DNA of 61,161 nucleotides, counting the filler, from Hausera hauseri (taxonomy: Eukaryota), in NCBI GenBank assembly GCA_046269625.1. It is 12 parts of 12 records of this genome, joined end to end, with 100 filler letters (N's around TTAATTAATTAA, not from the genome) between each part and the next. Parts side by side here need not be neighbours in the genome. Positions count along the whole stretch, not along the records: positions 1 to 4,864 come from JBJURY010411145.1; positions 4,965 to 8,956 come from JBJURY010834192.1; positions 9,057 to 13,484 come from JBJURY010587222.1; 9 more parts are not named here. One strand, written 5' to 3'. This document shows positions 1-10,499 of this stretch, piece by piece. The translations under genes were made by a program, and so were the position numbers. Position 1 is the stretch's first letter, and each line of letters starts with the position of its first letter. The notes beneath the pieces were generated by a model. That model did not search any database. It was not told where the DNA came from and saw only the letters and a program-made list of their open reading frames with translations.

Positions 1-3000
1 TGTTTGAGAGCGAGGACGATTGCCAATAGTTCTCGATCAAACGTGGAGTATCGAGTTTCAGGTGCGGTTAGTTTGCGAGAAAAAAATTCCAATGGTTGGT
101 TTTCTCCCTTGTGTGATTTGGTAAAATACAGCGCCTACTGCAGTGGTTGACGCGTTAGTGATGAGGATAAGTTCTGCATCAGGCTTGGGAAAGGCAAGAA
201 TATGAACGGTTTTGATTTCTTCGCGTAGCTTGTAAAATTTGTCAACCAATTCAGGTGTTCAATGGATTGGCTGATGTACTTTGCCGCCGCTTAGGTGTGC
301 AAATTGTGCCGTCAATTCGGAGCAGTATGGGACGTATTTATGTACAAAGTGTAGTGTGCCAAGGAAGCTACGCATTTTGGTGGTCGTACGTGGCAAATGG
401 ATGTTACTAAGAGCTTTGACTCGGTCTGATTGGGGGGAATGACCGTCTGGTGTAGTAATGTGGCCTAAAAAGTTAATGAGTTTTTTGAAAAATTGGCATT
501 TGTGAAAATTGATTTGTAGATTATGGTGGTTAAGACGTTGAAATATTGCGCGAAGGTGTTCTTCGAGTTATTTAGCCGAAGATGAAACGACTAGTATGTC
601 GTCAATATAAGGGTATGCAAACGCAAAATAAGAAAGAATGGAATCAATGTGCAGCTGAAGAGTTTGTGCGGGGCATTCCGTAAAGCAAATGGCATGAATA
701 AGACTTCATAAAGGCCAAAAGGAGTAGTTACTGCGGTTTTCCAATGTCTTCGGGTGCTACCGGTATTTGATGGTAAGCTTTAACTAGATCAATGGTTGAA
801 TAGATGGTGGCTGAATTGAGACGATGCAGGATATTATTAAGGATACACATCCATCATAGTCAAGTTGTTAAGTTGTCGGTAATCACCGCATGGTCTAAAG
901 GTACCGTCCTTTTTTGTACAACGTGTAACGGTGATGACCAAGGAGATTTGGAACGGCGTACGATGCCGGAGCGTTCTAGCTCAAGAAATTCGGCTTTTAC
1001 GCACTGTTTATGGCGAGGTGACAGAGGCTGTACATTTGGCGTATTAGACGTTTGTGCTGTGTGACTGTGTAATGTAAGGTGCTGTTTGCGGGAGTAAAAG
1101 TACGGTTTTTTCTAAGTACGCGTGGGCAAGATGTGTTGATGAACTGTTGTAAAGTTGTAGGTAGCTGTGAGATTCGGTGCAAGTGGTGAAACGGCTTGAG
1201 CAGTAGCAAATGTAATTTGTGAGTTGTTAAATGCTGTGCAGTCAAGTGGTATTTGGTGCAAGGTTGTTGAATTGAAAATGGTGTTGGCTGAAGTATTTTT
1301 ATCGAATGAGTGAACGTTGGTGGCAGTACCACAATTGTCGACATTGAACTTTGATCGAATGTCAGTATTATTATTTAAAAATTTACGAATAGAATTATCG
1401 TTATAAAAAATTGAATTATTCATAGACTTTTTTAATACTGACTTCCGCATTCCGGTCAATTGCGCAGTAGTCGAAATGCTATTTACATGCTCAGAAATGT
1501 CGCCAACTGTGCTTTACCTCAAACATCGCTGGCTGCAGTCAACCAGTAGATTGTAGTGCGAGAAAAAATCAGATCCAAAAATTGCCGACTGGACGTTAGC
1601 GACTGTAAACGTTTAGCGAAAAGGCGCAGAGAAAGCAGGAAAGGTGAAAGATAATGTAGCCGTGCCAGAGATGTGCAGTGTCTGGCCTGAAGCAGTATAT
1701 AAAGGCTTAAGTTTGAATGAAGTTTTGTGTAGAAAAGGTTTGCGGTAATAGAGAAATTTCGGCCCCTGTATCAATAAGGAAGTCAAGCGATTGAGTTGTA
1801 GGGGCATTGATTGCAGCCTTTAGCATGAAGACTGCAAAAGAGATGTGTCAGCGGTCAGAATATAAGACTACCTTCGCCAGAGTTTGCCGTGACTTCTGGC
1901 GGCAAACTTAGTTTTTTGGAAAAGGTGAATGAGAACGACTGTTAGAGAGAAAGGCAGTACGTCCTTCATTCGTATTGGATTTGAAGGTGCAACCTGGGAG
2001 ACATTTAATGGCCTAAGTTTTGAACCTTGCATGATAAATGCAGATAACGGTGTCCAAGGAAAACTTCTGGTTATAAAATTGGCAACCCAGGCAGCATTTC
2101 TGAGCATTTGTGTTGACGTTGCTGTGGTAGTATCAGATCGACAAACGCGCAGGCGATGGTGAAAGGTTTCGTGACGTAGAACGGGTACGGGAAGCGGCAA
2201 AACCCCCTCATCGGGACAAAGACAATATATTTAATTTATTATTTGTTGTTGGTAGTTGCCTGCAATGCAATAATTTCAGCACGTAGCTGATTTAGCTGCT
2301 GTTTTATGGGCGTGTTAGTTGTTTGTATGTCGTTAGCAGCAACTGCTGCTGAAACTACGGGTTGCGAATTTATGTGGAGGACATCATATGTCCTATCGGC
2401 CAATTCGGCCAATTTTTCAAGCTGCGTGGAGTCTCCCACCAAGGTAAGAAGGGCCCGAATTAGGATAGGTAGGGCGTTCATAAAATAATGGCGCAGAAGA
2501 TCCGGGTTATGTTCCCTAGTGACGCCAAGGGTACGCAAGTGTGCTAATGAAGTGCATAAGAAGTCACTGGGTTTTTGCGTGCCCAGTGCATTTTCGTTGA
2601 AGAAACGCTGCATTATGGAGTCAATGGAAGGTTCCGTCTGTTTCAATACAACGTCAAATAGTTGGGTATAGGGATCATGGTGCTGAAAGATCTTTAGCAA
2701 GTTGTGTATTGAGGCTTTTATGCAATTTGGGAGCAGATAGAGTAAGCTATGCGCTTTAGATAAGGTGTCGGTGATTCCATTATACTGGAGCCAGAGTTGG
2801 TGGAAGTGAAGCCACGTTTTACTGGACTTTTCGTTATCGATGAAGTAGTCAGTGCAATGTTTAGAAGTATAAACTGGGTTTTTGTTGGAAGAGTTTGCGT
2901 CGGTTAAAATAGGTGGTGGATTTAGTATGGCACAGTAGAGAATGGGTATTGGCTTTTTTGTTGTGGTTCTGTCCGTGGTGTCAGTGATCGGCGGGGAATT

Positions 3001-3360
3001 CATTCCACCACGGAAACGGGGATGTATGTTAAAGCAAGCTCCATTTGAAAAAAATAGTTTCGTTAAGATGAATGATAGCGCCGTGATGAATAAGGAAGAA
3101 GTCTGAAGACCAAAGGAAAGAAGAAATGCGGGTCTGAAGTGTGGGAATATGTGGCTGTGTTGTGTGGAGGGTATAAATGTGTTATTATAAAAAAAGAAAA
3201 AGAAAATGGCAGCAGTAGTGGGCTGGGGGCATGACTTGGGGCCGACATCGAAGGTGCCCCCGACCGACCGACGCAAGGTTGGCGGCCAGGATCTCCGCCT
3301 CGACGCGGCGGGCAGCAAAATGCGGGTTGGCCGAATTTCAGCCAAAATCTCGCAATAGCG
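1..3360 (-). mobile_element. Degenerate Ty3/Gypsy LTR retrotransposon (CsRn1-like), gag-PR-RT-RNase H portion
   Basis: Gag ORF within 2239-3001 (MNSPP...), two C-x2-H-x9-C-x3-C motifs near 1990-2135, protease-region ORF 1613-1807, RT (YPYIDDILV near 590-620), RNase H (ILAFPKPDAELILITNAS, 58-249). Many stops and frameshifts. GC-rich LTR-like DNA at about 3220-3360. Confidence 0.93.
1874..1917 (-). promoter_or_regulatory. gag-pol -1 ribosomal frameshift signal (A AAA AAC heptamer plus H-type pseudoknot)
   Basis: Gag frame ends CCA AAA AAC TAA. It is followed by GTTTGCCG/CGGCAAAC (stem 1) and CCAGA/TCTGG (stem 2). The -1 frame reads LPPEVTANSG, matching the start of the pol ORF in the copy at 55983. 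Confidence 0.8.
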
Positions 3361-4464
3361 GGACGTTATCTGGTATAGATGTTTGGAATATTTGGTCAGT
3401 GTCGAATTCTGTGGGAAATTTGATAAAAATGCGAATAATTCATAGTTGGTTTTAATAATCTATATCGAAAAGAGCAAGGTTGTCCGTTGCGATTCTTGGT
3501 AGCTCGGACAAAGACGCAAAAGGAAGACGCTCGAGAAAGCGTTTAAAAACATCTAAGAGTCTTGTTCGTGCTGAAGAAACGTGAACGTTACTACGAAGTC
3601 GACTTTGATGGCGTTTACAGTTAACATCTGGAGCCATCTGTAGCTGAAGAGCTACAAAGACCGTTGCAACAGAACGTATGGGTCTCGATGCGACTCGTTT
3701 TACGTTAAATGCAGCAGCTATTGCAGATTCATCATCGTTGATAAACGAACCCTGGTTCATTTGGCTGCTCGAAATATTCGGTTCAGCATCTTGCCTATCG
3801 GTTAACATTGATGATGAATTCACTAATAGCACCACAAAATTCTTGTCTGAATTATCTTGCCAAAGAAATTGCCGATCATGTCAGCGTACCAATTCAAATG
3901 CAGTGGTTGGTCAATAAATTGCAATGCATTATAAATCGCTTTCTGAGAATTTACAGCCGATCTGGCGTCTTTGCCGTGATATATCATTAAACTGTAAACA
4001 TTAGTTTGTGTTTTCATATAAGTAACATCTATAATTGAATTGCCAGTGATAGCACCTACAGCAACATTACAGAAATCACCACTATTGGTACACAATAAAT
4101 TCGTTCGCTCATTTGGTGCCTGGTAAATAGGGGAAATAATTTTGTCAGCAAATGCTGATACAACATCTAATTTTTTTTGTATTCTTCTGCATATAATGAT
4201 AATGCAAAGTATACATGTATTCTTGAAACTGTTTGATTGTTTCAGCAGCAAATTTCATGCAAATCGTACATTTTAAATTTCTTGAAATGTTTTTATTAAA
4301 ATTGCATAAAGTACCTGGAAAACATGGCGAACTCGCCCCGGCACCGTGCTCGACTTTCGTTAAGGATCTAACGCATATTTCTGCCAGTGTTAAAACGGAA
4401 TTAAAATCTTTTGGCGAAGTATCCAGAAAGATGCATGTGGCATCCGCTGCACAATCGGGCAAAA

Positions 4465-4627
4465 TATAGCCATTTTTATGACCCGGGTCTATGCTAATAA
4501 TAAATACATCTCGTAAAGGTTGTGCCATAACCAATTGACGAAGATTAGTTGCAAATATTTCGAGCGAGTCACGTTGAGCCTTTTTAGTTAGCTCATTTCT
4601 GATTTTTCGAGTTATATACGGTAACAC
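4465..4627 (-). pseudogene. SRBD1: Fragment of a Tex/SRBD1-like protein (YqgF/RNase H-like domain start)
   Basis: LPYITRKIRNELTKKAQRDSLEIFATNLRQLVMAQPLRDVFIISIDPGHKNG matches the Tex-family 'F..NLr.lL...P....lglDPG..G' motif. Similarity is lost on both sides. Confidence 0.75.
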
Positions 4628-4864
4628 AAGACAATCATCCTCACATAGGAAGGTTATTCACAAAGAGATAATTCTGATCGTTTGAAAGTGTCTCGTGGGG
4701 CGGTTCAATCTGCATTGCGTATATATAAATATTCGGGGTAATTCAATGATAGGATGAGGAGCGAAAGGCCTAGGAAAACAAGCAAAACCATGGACAGAAT
4801 CATTCACCGTTTACCAATGAGAAATCGTCGGAAGGCAGCTAGAGATATCCAGGCATCCTGTTAC
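4628..4864 (+). mobile_element. Tc1-type transposase N-terminal HTH fragment
   Basis: Translation EGYSQRDNSDRLKVSRGAVQSALR...G*FNDRMRSERPRKTSKTMDRIIHR..NRRKAARDI, with the GRPR-like motif of Tc1 transposases. Contains stops and is cut by the contig end. Confidence 0.8.
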
Positions 4865-4964
4865 NNNNNNNNNNNNNNNNNNNNNNNNNNNNNNNNNNNN
4901 NNNNNNNNTTAATTAATTAANNNNNNNNNNNNNNNNNNNNNNNNNNNNNNNNNNNNNNNNNNNN
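4865..4964. other. Artificial contig spacer N44-TTAATTAATTAA-N44 (also 8957-9056, 13485-13584, 18421-18520, 24131-24230, 29348-29447, 35906-36005, 41762-41861, 46167-46266, 50393-50492, 54828-54927)
   Basis: Identical 100-bp unit 11 times. The core gives stop codons in all six frames. Confidence 0.99.
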
Positions 4965-5095
4965 GCTTTGCCATTTGGGTAATAGGGAGAGGTATGTAGT
5001 TCACTACATTAATCTCCAGCAAGCAGTAAAACATGGACTCCACATTACAAAAATACACAGAGCCCTCCAATTCAGTCAGTCCATGTGGTTGCAGT
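4965..5095 (+). pseudogene. Polinton pPolB fragment, truncated by hAT element
   Basis: [39 protein letters not shown], homologous to the pPolB segment at about 29800-29930. Confidence 0.88.
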
Positions 5096-8020
5096 TAGGG
5101 AATGCAATACCGTTAAAAATTTTCGATACCGGTATTTCGGTATTTTCGCTTTTAGAACCGGCAATACCGGTATTTTATCGGTATTAGTATTATTTTAAAA
5201 AATGTAAACAAAATTAAAATTTACTTATTATAGGTTATGTTATTATTTAGGGATAGTACAAATATATGTCAAACACAACTAAACAACAAAACATTTATTT
5301 TTAAGAATAATTTAACAAAATTAAATCCAACTTTTTTAATATATATATTACATTAATTCGTACAAGTGATTATTATTTTTGATGCAAATTGAAATATGAT
5401 TTCAAAAAACATATATGATCCAACGTACCGTCGTCTAACCTCGATCTTATTTTTGTGGTTATATGTTGAGCAGCCGAAAAGGCTCGTTCTGACTCCACAC
5501 TTGTTGGTGGTATTGTTAACAAGTATTCATAAGCAAGCTTTAGATGCACCCCTCTAATTCCATGCTCTTCAAAAAATTGTAATTCTTTTTTAAGTTTATG
5601 TTCTATTTCTAATCTTTTGTTTTGTTTCTTTGGGTTTGGAACATTCGTCATTGCTTTGTTAATCACATTCTCTAATTTGTTTTTTAATGAAACAGTTGCA
5701 GTATTAATGGCGGATAGAGATGAAACTAGTGTATCTTCATCTTCAAGATCAAAATCTTCACTGTGTGGTTCATTATCTGGTTCATTACTTTTAACTCCTA
5801 GGCGTTTTATAAGAGGAATCAATATTTTTGTAATAGAACCTTTTTTAAGTTTAGGACATAAGTCTGTATCCGTTTCGATTTCGTTTTGTGAAGCGTTGTG
5901 TAAATATTGCAAAACTTGAGATATGTTTGTTCGTCTTTGCATTATTCTATACTTCAGAGCATTTATCAATTCAATACTTATTTTACTTTTTTGTGCAACA
6001 AGCGTGTCAAACACAAATTTAAACGTCGCGTCTGCAACAAGAAGATTAGAATCTCTTCTGCATAGGGCTTCGACTGCTAATTTAATTGGTGACAATGCAT
6101 CAATGATTTCAGAAACTAATAGAAACTCCTCTTCGGAAAAGACTATGTTTGATTTTAAATCAATTAATGCTTTTTGGACACAATACCGTAATTGGTAAAA
6201 CCTTTCCAACATAATAAGTAAACTATTCCATCGTGTTATGACGTCCAACTGCAAATTCAATTCTTTTCCAAATTGTAGTTTTACATATTTTTGTAAATAT
6301 TGATCATTTTTTGTTGGAGATCTGAAAATTTTAATGACACTTCTAATTTTTGTTACCAGCGGGGATAAATTAGCATAATTCAAATTTATTTTAGTGTCAA
6401 CAGATCCAAACTCTAGGACAACACCATCATCTGTAATCTTTTTATCTTCTTCGTTGTCAGTTTCTATGTCATTGTCATCATCTACATCACTATCACAATC
6501 GCTAGATTGGGATTCAATTGGTTCAATTTCAGCATCAACAGTCACTAAACTGGAGTTTTTTTGTAAAGGACATCTCTAACAGCTAGGTGGATGCCATGTG
6601 CAAAACATAACTGATGTTCGACTTCAATCAAATGTCCAAGTTTTACCATAACTGACGCACCATCTGTCGATATACAAACAATGTCATTTGTTAAGTTGAG
6701 ATCAAATTCTTGTAATTTTATTTTCAAAATCTCCAAACATTTTTCCGTTGGCACTTTTCCATGTAAACGGGCTAGTCCAATGTTCCGTATATATCCTCCA
6801 GTAGAATGTACGTTTATATTTAAATACCTCCGATTGCGAACCGAGGTCCATTCGTCAAATGTTAAGCTAAATCGGTTGCCTTTCGATTTTAAATCAGACA
6901 TTTCTTTAATAACTTCTATTCTTATCTTCTTGCTATATTCAGTGATCATAGATTTTATTGTTGCAGCTGATTTTGGTAGATCATTATATCCTCTTGCATG
7001 TAGCCCTTTTCTTATATCCTCTGAAGAGCAGAAAATTCTAAATGGTAGTCCATCACGCGCAACCATACGAGCCAGGATTTCACATAACTGTTCCTTCTTT
7101 TGATTTTGAAAATAATAATTTAATGTTTTTGGTAGGTTTACACTAGAACAAGACGCATCATTTTCATTATCTGCTGCTACGTCGCTTTTAGTTTTTAAAT
7201 TTATGTTATGTCGAGTTTTCAAGTGGGTGTGAAGGCCACTTGTGGATCCTCCCTGACATTTGATTTCTTTTGTACATTTCTTACATTTTGCTACTTGCCC
7301 TTGATTAGCAACTAAGTAATAATGCCAAACCGAATATACGTCGCTCCCTTTTTTGTGTTCTTGAAATATATTGGATTCCGAATTCATACTTTTGATTCTA
7401 AAACAATTATTTTAATTAATTAATAATTTTAAAAAAGTAAATCTAGGTTATTAAGGAACCATAAAATAGGTTTTATTAATAGGAAATTGATTTATCTGCA
7501 GCATATTTAATAGTGCTGACGTTTATGTATATAATATTATTGGATATTGAACATAAATTTACAATCAAAATTAACACTAATATCGTTCACCAGTGCATGT
7601 AGATATTTTTGAGAACAAAACGTAATTGCAAAATGTTGCAAATCGAGCAACATATTACTTGCTCAATTTACAAGACAAATATTATTAAAATAAATTAAAC
7701 TCTAGGACTACGAAATTTACTTACATATATTAATTATTGCACAAGCAAAAAACCAACAACTTTCACTTTCAATTTGTGTCTACGTACTGAAAAAACACTC
7801 CGCACTGAACTAACATCCTTTAGCTACAGTATACGGGATCTCATTTGATTCTAAGTAAATGGGAGATTGCCCGAATCAAGCTTCCGTGTAACGTGTATCA
7901 ACTAGCGCTAATGTTCCAATACCGAAAATACCGGTATTTTTAAGGTAAATACCGGTATTAATACCGACGAAAATTTGGACGGTATCCCGGTTTTCGGTAT
8001 ACCGGTATAGAACCTTCTTA
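5096..8020 (-). mobile_element. hAT DNA transposon, near full length
   Basis: Left end TAGGGAATGCAATACCG; right end is an imperfect inverted match. Both ends carry clusters of ATACCG/ACCGGT subterminal repeats (5107-5185, 7919-8008). The element encloses a hAT transposase. Confidence 0.88.
5373..7387 (-). CDS. hAT transposase with BED zinc finger, split by one frameshift at an A7 run (about 6556-6562)
   Basis: BED finger (VWHYY..AKCKKC..STSGLHTHLKTRH), TFDEWT, STDGAS, CFAHGIHL, DVITRWNS, C-terminal IPPTSVESERAFS..KIRSRL. Adding one A fuses the 280-aa and 390-aa ORFs. Confidence 0.93.
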
Positions 8021-8310
8021 GTTGAAAAGTATTATTTCGAACAACATTGCATAAAGGAGTGCTTCCAAAGGTAGAAAGAAACATATCCTAATGAGCGCGC
8101 CCCTTCAAAGCGTGCTATCCAAGATTGGGTAAAAATTTTAAAACAGAAGGGACCGTTGTAGATACAAAAAGAACAAGGAAAAAACAGATACAACCAATGA
8201 AAACGTGGAAACCGTTTCTACTTTTTACGTTGAAAATCCTACAACCTCTACACGGCGGGCATCATCTCACATACAAATTTCACCAATATCACTTCGAAGA
8301 ATAATGAGAG
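8021..8310 (+). mobile_element. DUF4817-type Tc1/mariner-superfamily transposase N-terminal relic
   Basis: Frameshifted VEKYYF...PSKRAIQDWVK/FKTEGTVVDTKR/NENVETV..NPTTSTRRASS..IS..SLRRI pattern. Confidence 0.7.
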
Positions 8311-8956
8311 AGTAGGGTAAAAATGGGGAGTCTGTCCAATCCCCCGGGAGTGTGGGCGTCGATAAATCGATAGGGCACATGTGCTAATCGATAATTCACA
8401 CTGTGCACTACTGATCGATAGAGTGCTAGGCGACGGTGCCGCTATGCACCGTTGCTATGCACATTTTTGCATATTTCACAAATCGATCGATGCACATTGT
8501 ACAATTGATCAAATCGATACGGGCAAAGTACTATTCGATAGTGCACATAAGTGCACATCGATTAGTGCACTGTGAAAGTGTGCTGCACATGTACAAATGT
8601 GCAAAAATCAATCATATCGGATATCCGATAATCCCAATGTTGATGATTATCAGAAGGCACCGGGTGCAATCGAAAGCATACATGATAAACTTTGACAATG
8701 TGCAGTTAGAATTTAAGTATATTGATTGGTTTCGAATAATTGCCAACTGGAACAGAATCCCCACAGGCCTTTCCTGTATAAATTGAAAATCAATAATATC
8801 AATATGGCACATTTACTGGCGGTTGCAGTACTTGATGTACTATCGTTCAGTGCAATACTCGAGTCAGGTGCGCTCTTGGATACGGTTGCCAAGGCACTTT
8901 TTCACTTTTCACATATTGGTCACTGGGCAGCGTAGGATTGATGGAATCGATCGGGG
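8311..8956 (+). repeat. Polinton/Maverick terminal region (left end), copy 1
   Basis: Starts AGTAGGG. Homologous to 18309-18420, 22569-24000 and (inverted) 33050-33889, which lie directly upstream of pPolB. Confidence 0.75.
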
Positions 8957-9056
8957 NNNNNNNNNNNNNNNNNNNNNNNNNNNNNNNNNNNNNNNNNNNN
9001 TTAATTAATTAANNNNNNNNNNNNNNNNNNNNNNNNNNNNNNNNNNNNNNNNNNNN

Positions 9057-9132
<76 letters not shown>
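9057..9132 (+). repeat. (ATCA)19 microsatellite, probable 3' tail of the L2 LINE
   Basis: Perfect tetranucleotide array just downstream of the L2 ORF2 end on the minus strand. Confidence 0.92.
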
Positions 9133-9134
<2 letters not shown>

Positions 9135-9990
9135 TTTTATTTGTATAGCACATTTCAGCAGCAAGGCATTTCAAAGTGCTTTACATAATTAAAAACAGAA
9201 CATTGAATAAACAGTATGAAAGAGAAAATGATTATTTAGAAATATCAAAAACAACAAAAAACATAAAAACATCATCAAAACCCGCACCAACCCTAATTTA
9301 ACCATATGCGACTCTAAACAGGTGGGTTTTAAGTTGAGATTTAAAGGCACTCAGTGTTTCAGCTGTTTTACAGTTTTCCGGAAGTTTGTTCCAAATTTGT
9401 GGTGCATAGAAGCTGAATGCTGCTTCTCCTCGTTTGGTTCTGGTTCTGGGGATGCAGAGCAGACCAGAACCAGAGGACCTGAGGGGTCTAGACGGTTGGT
9501 ACAGCAACAACAAATCTTTAATGTATTGTGGTGCTAACCCGTTTAGAGATTTATAAACTAACAACATTATTTTAAAGTCAATTCTCTGAGCCACAGGGAG
9601 CCAGTGTAGGGACTTTAAAACTGGTGTTATGTGCTCTATCTTCCTGGTTTTAGTGAGAACGCGAGCAGCAGCGTTCTGGATCAGCTGCAGCTGGAGGATT
9701 GATTTGTTAGTCAGGCCTGTGAAGACGCTGTTGCAGTAATCAATGCGGCTAAAGACAAACGCATGGATGAGTTTCTCTAGATCTCACTGAGACATAAGTC
9801 CTCTAATCCTGGAGATGTTCTTCAGGTGATAGAAGGCCGACTTTGTGACTGTCTTAATGTGGTTCTGAAGGTTCAGGTCAGAGTCCATCACTACATCTAG
9901 ATTTCAGGCCTGGTTTCTATTTTGGAGCTGCGATAACAGAAGCTGCATGCCGGCTCTTGATCATTTCTCTTTAGGTCCAAATGTGTTTCT
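9133..9990 (-). mobile_element. L2-clade LINE 3' fragment, teleost-like
   Basis: ORF2 C-terminus LHWLPVAQRIDFKIMLLVYKSLNGLAPQYI...RPLRSSG..LL.IPR..TKRGEAAFSFYAP..WNKLP...LKTHLF, typical of fish L2 elements. Confidence 0.9.
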
Positions 9991-10499
9991 TGTCATTAAA
10001 GCAGCACTTCCATTTTCACATGCGTTAGATCTATCTGTAATCTCTGCCGGTGAACTCTAAAACAATCAGTGATCATCAGTGCAGAGCGATGCTGCTGCTG
10101 CAGGAGGAAGAGCCCCGCCCGCTCACAGCTGGATAATATCGCGGCCTTCAGGTGAGGTCAGCATGAAGCAGATGAAAATCACCTTCATGCTTCTGTCCTG
10201 CAGCTCTGTGCAGCTCGTTTCTCTGTGTTCCGCTTCACAGGATGAATTCAGCACCGTGCAGATGGAGGCATTCCCAGGCTGGCCCACAGTGAGGCCCGCT
10301 GGCAGGCTGAGGCGGGTCCAGACCACAGAACCAGAACTCTGGCTACTAGTCTGCGAGTGCAGTCATGCTGGAAAGGAAATCCATCCTTTGACAGGAAGAA
10401 GCTTGTCGAGCTGAAAGCTTCTGATGAACTTCCACGTCTAATAGGAATGATTTTATTGCTATTTTTTTATATGCTTACAATATTTTGGCTAAAGTTTCT

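Noticed and set aside
3452-4469. Several 78-142 aa ORFs between the Gypsy LTR and the SRBD1 fragment
   Set aside because: They look possibly coding, but I could not recognise any family or join them convincingly.
4865-4964. Regularly recurring TTAATTAATTAA motif flanked by Ns
   Set aside because: Artificial contig linker. No biological adjacency can be inferred across it.
6545-6565. Programmed frameshift in the hAT transposase
   Set aside because: A AAA AAC is not in the required reading phase. A homopolymer indel is the simpler explanation.
7919-8008. CRISPR-like or iteron-like short repeats (ATACCG/ACCGGT)
   Set aside because: Irregular spacing and mirrored at 5107-5185, so these are hAT subterminal repeats. 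No cas genes, and the context is eukaryotic.
8381-8935. Similar short ORFs in the repeated terminal region (also 22634-23537 and 33360-33852) that look like a protein family
   Set aside because: Similarity follows from the DNA repeat. Frames and starts differ between copies and occur on both strands.
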